From positions 736,001 to 800,000 of the forward strand of contig CAVPCT010000003.1 in NCBI GenBank assembly GCA_963702475.1: a stretch of 64,000 bases of DNA. Direction: 5' to 3'. The notes below the pieces were generated by a model. That model ran no database searches and had not been told where the DNA came from. It worked only from the letters and a program-made list of their open reading frames with translations. The translations under genes were made by a program, and so were the position numbers. The DNA comes from an uncultured Thermoleophilia bacterium. Its GTDB lineage: Bacteria > Actinomycetota > Thermoleophilia > UBA2241. Shown here piece by piece: positions 35,776 to 48,429 of this stretch; within the stretch, counting starts at the first letter, position 1; every line of letters starts with the position of its first letter.

Positions 35776-35874
35776 AGAAGTTCGAAAGCTGTCTGGTCCA
35801 CCAACGTTGTCAGAATGACAACGTTTCTCCCTGCAAACGGCCGATCTCTGCCTACCCGTTCGACCATGCGCATG
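35776..35874 (+). repeat. Cassette junction: tail 2 plus leader copy 3
   Basis: agaagttcgaaagctgtctggtccacca then acgttgtcagaatgacaacgtttctccctgcaaac...tacccgttcgaccatgcgcatg. Confidence 0.9.
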
Positions 35875-36020
35875 CGCCCACGATCAGCGGCGCCCCCCCC
35901 AGCGTCTTGCGAGCGGACCGCCGCCGGGGGAGACTGGACACCTCAGCGCAGGAGGCCACGGACGCACCAAGGTCCCGCTACGGGAACTACGCCGCTTGGC
36001 TGCGGGGACGGAGGTCATGC

Positions 36021-36233
36021 ATGTCGGTCACCTTCATGATCGAACTGGAGCAAGAGGCCGATGGCCGCTGGATCGCCGAAGTGGTCGAGTTGCCGGGGGT
36101 GCTCGCCTACGGCGCCACCGACAGCGAAGCCATCGCGCGCGTGCAGGCGCTCGCCCTGCGGGTCGTGGCGGACCGCCTGGAGCACGACGAGACCGATCGC
36201 TCCCTGCTGGACATCTCCTTCAAGGCTGCATGA
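36021..36233 (+). CDS. hicB: HicB family antitoxin (short, no DNA-binding domain)
   Basis: IELEQEADGRWIAEVVELPGVLAYG.T..EA. Confidence 0.85.
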   Translation: MSVTFMIELEQEADGRWIAEVVELPGVLAYGATDSEAIARVQALALRVVADRLEHDETDRSLLDISFKAA

Positions 36234-36442
36234 CGGAGTGGCCGAGCACGCGAGCGCGGCTCGTGCTCGCCGCGCTGCTCCGCATCGGCTGGGAGGTCAA
36301 GCGCCAGTCGGGCTCGCACAAGGTACTCGCTCGCCCCGGCCGGCCCGACGTGGTCTTCGCCTTCCACGACGGTGACGAGATCGGGCCACGCATGCTCGCG
36401 AGGATCGCGAAGCACACGGGGCTGAGACCGGAAGACCTGTAG
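36230..36442 (+). CDS. hicA: HicA family mRNA interferase toxin
   Basis: LLRIGWEVKRQSGSH, FHDGDEIGPRML..I.K..GL. Confidence 0.88.
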   Translation: MTEWPSTRARLVLAALLRIGWEVKRQSGSHKVLARPGRPDVVFAFHDGDEIGPRMLARIAKHTGLRPEDL

Positions 36443-36481
36443 GACCACTCTCCTCACTCTCGCCGTCCAATCTGGCTCGAG

Positions 36482-36513
36482 GAGTCCGAAAGCTGTCTTG
36501 TCAGGCTCACCAA
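36482..36513 (+). repeat. Terminal cassette tail with no following leader
   Basis: gagtccgaaagctgtct-tgtca-ggctcaccaa. Confidence 0.7.
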
Positions 36514-36689
36514 ACCCCCCGTGCCACCGCGCGCCACGACGCTCTCTGCTCGCGCCACACGCCGCGCCGAAGCTCACACCGAGGTGAGCACGTCGTCGTG
36601 GCGGCGAGGCGCCCGTGACGGGATCGGCGAGGACGGTCCCTTGGCCAGGGTCGCCACAGACGCGGTGCCGTGCTCACGCGTGAAGTCCG

Positions 36690-37287
36690 CGCGCACCTGA
36701 CGGTTGAGACGCGTGTTCTTCCTGTAGCCAGGTTGCTGACGAGATTGCGGAGAGGCTGGCGGCCGCTCCACATGCCTCCGCCCACCCGCTCCGCTATGCG
36801 GGGCAGGGAGTAGAACCGCCGCGTGCACGGGTCCATCTCGGCGACGATCTGCGCGGTCGACAGCTGAGCCTACCGGGCGACGGGGAGGGCCAGTGTGTAG
36901 TGCTGCCAGTCCTCCGGCGAGCGGTCGAGAAGCACGCGGTCGTCCGCTTTCATCCGGTCCCAGAGGCGAGTACCCGGCAGCGGCGTCAGGAACAGTGCGT
37001 TGAGCGTGTCACACGGCAGACGCTCGCCGTCGTGGCGACACGCCGGCCGATGCCGGGTCGGTCCACGTCCAGGCCGATCACGAAGGACCCGGCCACGAGG
37101 ATCCTGTGCCGCTGGATGCGTCGCGCGGAGGCCCGGAAGTCGCGATCTCCCTGGGCATTCAATCTCTTGCCGAGCTCCCTGAGCCCCTCGGGAGAGGGGG
37201 ACTCGAAGCCGATGAACTCCAGCGGTTCTCTTTGACGCGCAGGATGCTGCCCTGCGGGTCGGACGGGTCGATCAGGAGGAGACGCAT
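36690..37287 (-). pseudogene. Decayed B12-binding radical SAM gene
   Basis: MRLLLIDPS start is fused directly to FIGFES...GSFVIGLDVD, then LTPLPGTRLWDRM and FYSLPRI in shifted frames with a stop; CxxxCxxC region deleted. Confidence 0.65.
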
Positions 37288-37348
37288 GGCGTGTCACGCA
37301 CCTTCCGCCGCGCATGCTCACCGGAGCCATGTCGGCGGTGAAGCCCGG

Positions 37349-37543
37349 TCAGGTCCGGCGCCTGTTCGCCGGCGACGGGCACAAGGCGTCGTGCACCGAG
37401 CAGCAAGGTCCGGGGTTGTAGGCCGAGAGCAGGGTCGTGCAGCCGGGTGACGCGCACACGCGCCCGTACCCGTACTCGGCGATCCGGTCGCCGGCCTTGC
37501 CGGTTGCAGGGGGCAAGAAGCTCCCTGGGGTGCGGGACTTCAA
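37349..37543 (-). CDS. Small Cys/His-rich hypothetical protein
   Basis: YGYGRVCASPGCTTLLSAYNPGPCCSVH; start uncertain. Confidence 0.45.
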   Translation of the reverse strand: MKSRTPGSFLPPATGKAGDRIAEYGYGRVCASPGCTTLLSAYNPGPCCSVHDALCPSPANRRRT

Positions 37544-37607
37544 GAGATCGGGGGGGCGAGGCGACGACAGTCCATGGGGACCCTTCTGTTGGCGGGGACG
37601 GAGCCGG

Positions 37608-39002
37608 TCAGCCGGCCGTGGGGGCGGGCGGTGTCGGGCGACGAACGGCCGCGAGCGTGCGCAGGTACTCGCGGTTGCAGCGGTCTCTGGCCCAGCGACG
37701 CGCGTACCACCAGCACCAGGTGTGGTCGCGCAGGCTGAGCCAGCGGCGTTCTGCGAGGCACGTGAGCCACTGGCGCGTGGAGTAGAAGCGTCGGTACCCC
37801 TCCAGCACGGCCGCCTGGAGCGTGGACGGATCCATGGCGGCGGGCGTGATGACGACGTGCTGCCCGTCGTAGAGCTGCCAGCGCCTGTCGAAGATGCGAC
37901 CTGCGCCGTCCACCTCGTCGAACCAGCCGGTGCCCGGCGCCGGGGTGAGCACGTTCAGCATGACCGTGTCGATGCGGTGGTGCAGGGCGAAGTCCACGGT
38001 GCGGCGCATGGTGGCCGCGTCGTCGCCGTCGGCTCCGAGGACGAACATGCCGTGCACGCGGATGCCGTGGCGGTGGATGGCGTCGATGGCCGCCACGATG
38101 TCGGTGACGGTTTGCGACTTGTGCAGCGCGTCCAGGGTGGCCTGGTCCACCGACTCCAGGCCCAGGCCCAGGGTCTCGCAGCCGGAACGTCGCATGAGAT
38201 CGAGCAGCTCACCGTCCCTCGCGGCATCCGTTCGCACCTGCGCCTGCCAGGGGATCACGAGACCGCGCCCGATCAGGGCGCGCAGCAGGGTCTTGAGGCG
38301 TCCGCGGTCGGCGGCGAAGTTGTCGTCGTAGAAGAAGATGTGCGACGGGCGCTTGCGCTCGATCTCGTCGACCACGCTCGCCGCGCTGCGGAAGCGGTAC
38401 TTGCGCCCGAACATCGCCGTGACCGAGCAGAAGCTGCAGGCGAAGGGGCAGCCCAGGCTGGTCATGATGGGGGTGGAGCGCATGCGTTCGTGCCCGACGA
38501 TGAGGGACAGGTCGGGCACGGGCAGGTCGTCGAGGTCCTCGCAGGCGGGCCGCACCGCGTTGTGGACGTGCCGCCCGTGGCGCGTGAACGAGAGGCCGGC
38601 GATCGATGCCAGATCGCGCTCGCCGCGCAGCGCGGCGAGCAGCTCGATCACGAGCTGGTCGCCGCCCTCGCCGCGCGCCACGTAGTCGGCGTGCGCGAGC
38701 GCCTCGTCGGCCATGAACGTGACGTGCGAGCCGCCGATGATCACCGGCACGCCCCGGCTGCGGAGGCGGTCGGCCATCGCGTACGCGGCCGGGGCCGTGG
38801 ACGTGGTCGTCGAGAACCCGACGATGCCCGCACCGAGCACGTCGTCCCAGTCTACGGGGGCCAGCTGCTCGCAGTAGATGCGCACGTCGTGGCCTGCGTC
38901 GGCAAGTGCGGCGCCGATGATCGGCAGCCCGAGACGTGGGTAGCGCCAGGGCGACATGAGGTGGACGCTCGGCGCCCTCGGCTCGATCAGGCGGATCTTC
39001 AC
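37608..39002 (-). CDS. B12-binding domain radical SAM protein
   Basis: IGGSHVT, GEG, TSLGCPFACSFC, FYDDNF, GLES, TPAPGT. Confidence 0.9.
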   Translation of the reverse strand: MKIRLIEPRAPSVHLMSPWRYPRLGLPIIGAALADAGHDVRIYCEQLAPVDWDDVLGAGIVGFSTTTSTAPAAYAMADRLRSRGVPVIIGGSHVTFMADEALAHADYVARGEGGDQLVIELLAALRGERDLASIAGLSFTRHGRHVHNAVRPACEDLDDLPVPDLSLIVGHERMRSTPIMTSLGCPFACSFCSVTAMFGRKYRFRSAASVVDEIERKRPSHIFFYDDNFAADRGRLKTLLRALIGRGLVIPWQAQVRTDAARDGELLDLMRRSGCETLGLGLESVDQATLDALHKSQTVTDIVAAIDAIHRHGIRVHGMFVLGADGDDAATMRRTVDFALHHRIDTVMLNVLTPAPGTGWFDEVDGAGRIFDRRWQLYDGQHVVITPAAMDPSTLQAAVLEGYRRFYSTRQWLTCLAERRWLSLRDHTWCWWYARRWARDRCNREYLRTLAAVRRPTPPAPTAG

Positions 39003-39041
39003 GGCGCTCCTCTCGCGGTCACCTGCAACGTACCCGCCACG

Positions 39042-40166
<1,125 letters not shown>

Positions 40167-40520
40167 GGGTGTCTCCTGCCGTTGGTCCCGCGCCCTGGGT
40201 GATGGACGGTACGCGCACGGTGGGGCCGGGGCGCCGACATCCGCCGCTCGCGACGGGCGACGCGGGCGCCGAGTCTGATGGTAGAGACGTCAGGCGACGT
40301 TCGGAGCGAGATAGTAAGTGTAACAGGCCGGCGCGTGCGGCGCTGTGTCGGTCGTCTTGCCGCATGACGGCGTGAAGCCTGGGAAGGGTACCATCCTGCG
40401 TGCTATACTGCCGGCGACGGGTCGAGTGGGCCCGCGGAATGTCGACGTGTCGAGCCGCACGTTCGGAGCGGATCTCACGTCATTTCTTGTCCCCGCATGG
40501 GGCGGAAGGAACAGATCAGC

Positions 40521-40727
40521 ATGGCGACAGGCAAAGTGAAGTGGTTCAACGCCGAAAAGGGCTACGGGTTCATCGAGCAGGAAGGCGGCGACGACCTCTT
40601 CGTTCACTTCTCGGCGATCCAGGGTGACGGCTACAAGTCCCTCCAGGAGGGGCAGGCCGTATCCTTCGAGTCCGGCACCGGCCGGAACGGCAAGCCTCAG
40701 GCGACGGAGGTCCGCGTCATCTCCTGA
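40521..40727 (+). CDS. cspA: Cold-shock protein
   Basis: [27 protein letters not shown]. Confidence 0.95.
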   Translation: MATGKVKWFNAEKGYGFIEQEGGDDLFVHFSAIQGDGYKSLQEGQAVSFESGTGRNGKPQATEVRVIS

Positions 40728-40746
40728 GCGCCACCGCTTGTACTGC

Positions 40747-40792
40747 AACGGGGCGCGTGCGGCTCACCGAGCCGCACGCGCCCCGTTCGTTT
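40747..40792 (+). terminator. Intrinsic terminator
   Basis: aacggggcgcgtgcggctc-acc-gagccgcacgcgccccgtt followed by cgttt. Confidence 0.8.
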
Positions 40793-40988
40793 GCGCGATC
40801 CCCACGCGCCTCAGGGCCCCGGCCCGTTCCCACACCGGCTGTAGAGACCGCGCCTCTCGGTCAGATGGCGCCCATCACAGCCACGGGTCCGCCCGCGGCC
40901 GTCGTGGCGCCTGCTCGGAGATCTCCGCCAGCGCCTGCCCGACGCGGTGCCGGTGGCACCTCAGGCCGGGGTGTCGATAGCGGAGCGG

Positions 40989-42425
40989 TCAGGTGTCGAG
41001 GCGTTCGAGCTCCTCTTGCAGGACCGTCTCGATCTCCCGCCGCCGCTCGACGACGAGCTCGGCGGCGGCGGCCGCGAACGTGCTCCAGGGCGGCGTGTCC
41101 GCTCCGATAAGGCCGCGCAGCCGGTCGGCGAGCTCCCCGGCGCGGCCGTCGACCGTCTCGACGGCGATGCGCCACTCCGCGGGATCGGCGGTCTGCTGGT
41201 ACATGCGCACCAGGGCCACATCCAGGTCGTCGCTGATGAGGGCCACCGCGCCGCCCACGAACGGTCGTGGTTCGTGGTGGTCGACGACCCAGCCGCCCGC
41301 GTCGTACACGTCGAGCCCGCCCCCCGGCCAGGCCTCGTCGGCCCACCTCTCGGCGAAGGGCTTGTGCGTGTGGCCGAGGATCAAGGAGGCCTGAGCCGGC
41401 AGCCCGCCCAGGTCGGTCTCGACGCGTTGCCGAAGGGCGCCGATGTAGGTCCCGAGCGCCTTGCGGGCGCCGGCGCTCAGCACCCCGCCCTGGTCGCCGC
41501 GTTCGCGTGACGCCGCGAGCTTGCCGACGAGCCCTCCGGCCAGGTGTCTTATCGCCCAGCGCTCGGCAGCGCCCTTCAGGCGTCCCTGGTCGATCGTCAC
41601 GTTGCGCGCCACGGTGTCGATGAGCCGGTCGAACGCCGTGTCGTCCTGCAGCGCTTCGTAGACCAGTTCGACCAGGGCGCCCGGTTTGCCGGAGCGCGTC
41701 ATCGAGGAGAAGAAGAAGTCGATCCAGGGCCAGTTCTCGCGCTCCAGGGTCTCGGCGTCTCTGGGGAGCTGGGCGTGTGGAGCGAAGAGCCTGGCGAACT
41801 CGGACATGCTGATGCAGACCGGATCGATGTAGTGGCCGTGGGTCACCAGTACGAGCCGGCGGCCGTCGGCGGAGGGCAGGGCGAGGTCGGGGTAGAGCAC
41901 CCTGACGCGCGCGCCGCTGCGCTGCGTCGACGCCCGCAGCAGCGCGCTGAGCGCGGTCGAGGCAATGGCCGGCTCCCGGTCGAGCAGCATGGGGCCGGTA
42001 CGACTGCTGAAATCCCCGCCCATGCGTCCGCCGCCGGCCACGAGCTGATCCTCGAGCCACCGTTGCCTCGCGTACTCCCACAGCAGGTGATCGTGGTTGC
42101 CCGGGAGGAGGATCACTTCATCGGTGATGACCGGGTCTTCGCTCGTCAGGAGCGCGCGGGCGAACAGGCCGAAGACGGGCAGCGCCCGCTCCGGCGGCGA
42201 GAGCGCCAGGTCGATGAGGTCGCCGGCTGCGACGAGCGTCGGTGGTCGCCCGGGTCCGTTGCAGCCGGCGACCAGAGCCCTCATGCAGTCGGCCAGGGCG
42301 AGCAGCGCCGGGCTGGCCTCGTGGGTGTCCGCGACCGTCTGCCCCGGCGTGAGGCCGGTGAGGATGCTGTTGCCGGCACCCAGGTGCACGTCGGTGAGCA
42401 CGATGTAGCGGATCCTGGCGCTCAT
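40989..42425 (-). CDS. Calcineurin-like metallophosphoesterase
   Basis: TDVHLG, GDLID, PGNHD, THGH, GHTH. Confidence 0.8.
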   Translation of the reverse strand: MSARIRYIVLTDVHLGAGNSILTGLTPGQTVADTHEASPALLALADCMRALVAGCNGPGRPPTLVAAGDLIDLALSPPERALPVFGLFARALLTSEDPVITDEVILLPGNHDHLLWEYARQRWLEDQLVAGGGRMGGDFSSRTGPMLLDREPAIASTALSALLRASTQRSGARVRVLYPDLALPSADGRRLVLVTHGHYIDPVCISMSEFARLFAPHAQLPRDAETLERENWPWIDFFFSSMTRSGKPGALVELVYEALQDDTAFDRLIDTVARNVTIDQGRLKGAAERWAIRHLAGGLVGKLAASRERGDQGGVLSAGARKALGTYIGALRQRVETDLGGLPAQASLILGHTHKPFAERWADEAWPGGGLDVYDAGGWVVDHHEPRPFVGGAVALISDDLDVALVRMYQQTADPAEWRIAVETVDGRAGELADRLRGLIGADTPPWSTFAAAAAELVVERRREIETVLQEELERLDT

Positions 42426-42528
42426 GGCTCGGTCTCCTCAGTCACGCCGGACGCGTGGTACGTGGTCGACACGGGGGAATGCTACGCGAGAACGACGGCG
42501 CCGGGGAGCCCCATCGCTTGCGCGTGAA

Positions 42529-42570
42529 GGACGGTGGGGCGGGGCCGCAGAAGGCCCCGCCCCACCGTCC
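42529..42570. terminator. Hairpin downstream of katG
   Basis: ggacggtggggcggggcc-gcagaa-ggccccgccccaccgtcc. Confidence 0.7.
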
Positions 42571-42654
42571 CCGCGCTGCCGTCACTGCGCCGCGACCTTC
42601 GCGGTCGATGGCCCCCGGCGAGCATCGCTCCCGTCGCCATCGTCTCCGCTGCGG

Positions 42655-44868
<2,214 letters not shown>

Positions 44869-45354
44869 TCACGTGGGCCTCGCTCTCGCCGATCGCTCGG
44901 CGGTCGTCTCGTTGGTCTGGCACGCGGCACAGACGCCGCGGAACTGGACGGTCACCGTGTCCGGGCGTCCGATGCGGGAGACATCCGCCGTCGGACCGAT
45001 GGCGTCGAGTCCGCCGTCTTCAACGTCCCGGATGAGCCCGCAGCGTGTACACACGAAGTGGTGGTGCCGGGCCGTGTTGGGGTCGTAGCGCGCCGGCCCG
45101 GCCGTGAACAGTACCCGAGTGACGAGCCCTCGCTCCGTGAGCGTCGCCAGCGTGCGGTACACGGTGTCGAGCGAGATGGTCGGCACCCTCTCGCGCACCG
45201 CCCGGTAGACGCTCTCGACGTCCGGGTGCGTGTCGTCGGCGGCGAGGACGCGGACGATCTCGAGCCGCTGGTGGGTGAGGCGGAGGCCGGCCTCGCGAAG
45301 TGCCTGCGAGAGCTGCTCGACGCGTCGAGCGATCTCGTCGGACCGCAACGCCAT
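44869..45354 (-). CDS. Fur family regulator (PerR/FurA-like) upstream of katG
   Basis: GLRLTHQR, HP, ISLDTVYRTL, HHHFVCTRCG, GVCAAC. Confidence 0.9.
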   Translation of the reverse strand: MALRSDEIARRVEQLSQALREAGLRLTHQRLEIVRVLAADDTHPDVESVYRAVRERVPTISLDTVYRTLATLTERGLVTRVLFTAGPARYDPNTARHHHFVCTRCGLIRDVEDGGLDAIGPTADVSRIGRPDTVTVQFRGVCAACQTNETTAERSARARPT

Positions 45355-45747
45355 CGCACTCCTCTCTCCCCGGTTTCGCCTGGATTGCCGCACCGGCGAC
45401 CGTGGTCCGGTCCCCGCTCGCGCCCGCCGGCGTTCCTGCCAGTCATTCTTATATGGGAACAAGGCGACGATAACAAACGTCGAGCCCCGTTGCGGCCGGG
45501 GAGGGTCGTGCCCGGCGCGAGTGCCGGCTTTCCTTGCCCGGCGATGGGGGGTCGCCCACCGGCGCGACCGGCGTATCATCGGTTGAGCGGACGCGCTCCG
45601 GCTCGCTGTCCGGGGACGGCCACTCGCGCGGGCTGGACACTCCATGAGGGCCGGGCCGGCGAGGTCGCGCGAACGCGCCGGTCAAGTCGCGAGGGCGATG
45701 CCGGCCGGACCTGCCACACCCGGCCGAACCGCGGGGAGGGATCGACG

Positions 45748-47199
45748 ATGGACCGATCTGGCACGCCAGTGGGCGGGCGGGCGTTCGGGCGGCGGCACCG
45801 GGCCGTCTTCTGGCAGGGAGGCGACCCGCGGTGGCAGCCGCAGGGTCTCCGGCCGCTGACCACGGCGGAGCGGGCGGACGTCTGTGTCGTCGGAGGCGGC
45901 TTCACCGGCCTGTGGACCTCGCTGTACCTCAAGAGACTCGATCCCGGCGCCGACGTCGTGCTGATCGAGCGCGAGTACTGCGGCGCCGGCGCCAGCGGCC
46001 GCAACGGTGGCTGGGTGGACGGGTGGGACCGCTCTCTCCCCACTCTTGTGGCGCGGTTCGGCCGCGACGCCGGCCTGTGGTTGCTGGACGCGTCGCGGCA
46101 CAGCGTCGACGAGATCCGCCGGGTCGTGGATGAAGGCGCCATCGACTGCGACCTCCGCCTCGCCGGCGGTCTGGTCGTCGCCGAGTCGCCGGCGCAGGTG
46201 GAGGGCGTGCTGCGGCCCGCCAGGCTGGCCCGGGAGCTGGGCCGGGAAGGCCTGTTCCGGGAGCTGGACAGGGAGGAGGCCCGTGAGCTCTCGGGATCGC
46301 CGGCGGCCGAGGCGGCGGTGATCATGGAGCACGCCGGCGGCGTGCAGCCGGCGCTGCTGGCACAGGGCTTGCGCCGGCTCGCCCTCGCCGCGGGCGTCCG
46401 GGTCTACGAGTGCACGCCCCTGCTGGACCTCGAGCGTGGGCTGCCGGCGGTGGTCAAGACCCCGTCGGGGTCCGTGGTCGCCGACAGGGTCGTGCTCGGC
46501 AGCGGGGCGTGGCTCGCGCGGGTGCCGGAGCTCTGCCGCACGGTCTTCCTCATCCCCTCGCACATCGTCGCCACCGCCACGTCGCGCGAACGGCTCGACG
46601 TCCTCGGGTGGCCCGCCGGGCGACCGTATGCAGATGGACGCACGGCCGTGCACTACGCGCAGCGTACGGGTGACCATCGCCTCGTCTTCGGGAGGGGCGG
46701 AGGCCGCCTTGGATTCGGCGGACGCATCATCCCGGCGCACTACCACGACCCCCGGCAGACCGAGCAGATCGTGGGGGACATGCACGCGCTGTTCCCGGCG
46801 ACGCGTGGCCTCGCCGTGGAGTGGTCCTGGGGCGGTCCGGTGGAACGCACCCAGCACGGGCTGCCCTGGGTGGGCGTGCTCGGCCGGTACCGCAACGTCC
46901 ACTACGGTATCGGCTACTGCGGGAACGGCGTGGCGCCCTCCAACCTGATCGGGCGGACGCTGGCGTCGGTCGTCCTGGAGGCCGGCGACGACTACGCCCG
47001 GTCACCGCTTGTGTCGGAGGCGCCCACGTACCTGCCGCCGGAGCCGCTGCGATCGGCCGGCGCGCGGCTGGTGCGCACCGCGATCGAGCACTGCGAGGTG
47101 CTCGAGGACCAGGGCCGGAGGCCCGACCCCGTCTCGCGCGTCCTGCGGCGCGGCCTCGGGCTGTCCGTGCCCAGGGGCATCACCTGGCGGCGCGGGTGA
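45748..47199 (+). CDS. FAD-dependent oxidoreductase (DadA/PuuB-like)
   Basis: ADVCVVGGGFTGLWT, GASGRNGG, WGGP, GYCGNGV. Confidence 0.85.
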   Translation: MDRSGTPVGGRAFGRRHRAVFWQGGDPRWQPQGLRPLTTAERADVCVVGGGFTGLWTSLYLKRLDPGADVVLIEREYCGAGASGRNGGWVDGWDRSLPTLVARFGRDAGLWLLDASRHSVDEIRRVVDEGAIDCDLRLAGGLVVAESPAQVEGVLRPARLARELGREGLFRELDREEARELSGSPAAEAAVIMEHAGGVQPALLAQGLRRLALAAGVRVYECTPLLDLERGLPAVVKTPSGSVVADRVVLGSGAWLARVPELCRTVFLIPSHIVATATSRERLDVLGWPAGRPYADGRTAVHYAQRTGDHRLVFGRGGGRLGFGGRIIPAHYHDPRQTEQIVGDMHALFPATRGLAVEWSWGGPVERTQHGLPWVGVLGRYRNVHYGIGYCGNGVAPSNLIGRTLASVVLEAGDDYARSPLVSEAPTYLPPEPLRSAGARLVRTAIEHCEVLEDQGRRPDPVSRVLRRGLGLSVPRGITWRRG

Positions 47200-47256
47200 G
47201 GGCGACGCGGCGGCCGGAGCGCCGGAGGTGCGGGGAGTGCCGGCGGTAGCGTCGCC

Positions 47257-48258
47257 TCAGACCGCCGGCACCTGCTGGGTGATGCAGTGGATGCCGCCGC
47301 CGCCGTAGCCGATCACAGGACACGGCACGCCGACGACCTCGCGGTCGGGGACGACGGCGCGCAGGTGCTCGAGCGCCGCCTCGTCGTCGGCAGTGCCGCC
47401 GGTCGGCACGATGAGCGCGCCGTTGGCGAAGTAGGAGTTGATGTACGTCTCCACGATCGGCGTGTCGCCGACAAGGACCGGCCGGCTGCGCGCATCGAGA
47501 TCGCTGACCTCGAGCGGCCGGCCGAGGGCGTCTGTGGTCGCGAGCCTCCGCCGGTTCTCGCGCAGGTTCTCGAAGTCGGGATGGCCAGGGTCTCGCACCA
47601 TGTGCAGGAGCACCCGACCCGGTCCCACGAACGCGGCGACGCCGTCGACGTGCCCGTCCGTGTCGGGGTCATCGTCGAGGCCGAGCCCCGACACCAGCCA
47701 GATCACCTTCTCGACGCCGAGGTAGTCCCTGAGCATCTGAGTCATGTCGTCTTTGGTGAGATCGGGATTGCGCGAGGGGTGCAGGCGGCAGCTCTCCGTG
47801 GTGATCAGCGTGCCCTCGCCGTCGACCGTGATCGAGCCGCCCTCGAGCACCATGGGGGCCGCGAACCGCTCCACGCCGAAGTGCTCGGCCAGGCGCCGTC
47901 CGATGGCCGCGTCGGCGTCGTAGGGCACGTACTTCTCGCCCCACGAGTTGAACCTGAAGTCGCTGACCGCGAGGCGCCCGTCGGGGTGCGTGACGAAGAT
48001 GGGGCCGCTGTCGCGCAGCCAGGAGTCGTCGAGGGGCATCTCGACGACCTTGATGTCCGAGCCGCAGTAGCTCCGCGCGACGGCGCCCTCGCCAGGACGG
48101 GCGAGCATCAGCACGGGCTCGAAACGAGCGATGGCGTGGGCGACCGCGGCGTAGCTCGCCATGGCGAGCAGGTAGCGCTCCCCCCAGACGGTCGGTACGC
48201 GGAGCCCTGTGGGCCACCCCATGATGCAGCGCTGGTACGGCTCCCACTCGGCGGGCAT
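47257..48258 (-). CDS. aguA: Agmatine deiminase family protein
   Basis: MPAEW, DDSWLRDSGP, LEGGSI..DGEGT, DTDGHVD, GGGGIHCITQQ. Confidence 0.9.
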   Translation of the reverse strand: MPAEWEPYQRCIMGWPTGLRVPTVWGERYLLAMASYAAVAHAIARFEPVLMLARPGEGAVARSYCGSDIKVVEMPLDDSWLRDSGPIFVTHPDGRLAVSDFRFNSWGEKYVPYDADAAIGRRLAEHFGVERFAAPMVLEGGSITVDGEGTLITTESCRLHPSRNPDLTKDDMTQMLRDYLGVEKVIWLVSGLGLDDDPDTDGHVDGVAAFVGPGRVLLHMVRDPGHPDFENLRENRRRLATTDALGRPLEVSDLDARSRPVLVGDTPIVETYINSYFANGALIVPTGGTADDEAALEHLRAVVPDREVVGVPCPVIGYGGGGIHCITQQVPAV

Positions 48259-48429
48259 GGCCGACTCCTTCGCCGGGGACTGGGATCCGGAAGCCAAGGG
48301 GTCAAGCTATCGTGTCGACCTGCCGGGCACCGGCAGGCTCTGCGTCCTGTTCGCGATCGGGGCCGCCGCGCCGGGTAGAATGGGCAGCGGTACACGGACG
48401 AGCCGCCAGGCTCGGAAAGGTCGGACACC

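Larger units (their letters stand above)
34014..36513 (+). mobile_element. tRNA-anchored tandem array of three repeat-bounded toxin-antitoxin cassettes, no integrase
   Basis: Shared leaders at 34023, 34930, 35805 and shared tails at ~34895, ~35776, ~36482. Confidence 0.75.

Noticed and set aside
34014-36513. CRISPR array or classical integron interpretation of the repeats
   Set aside because: The intervening segments are 700-900 bp gene cassettes, there are no cas or intI genes in the window, and no attC R-box pair was seen.
48283-48295. GGATCCGGAAGCC shared upstream of the agmatine deiminase and the SBP gene (3531)
   Set aside because: A 13-bp match in GC-rich DNA with no further similarity and no recognisable guanidine riboswitch consensus.
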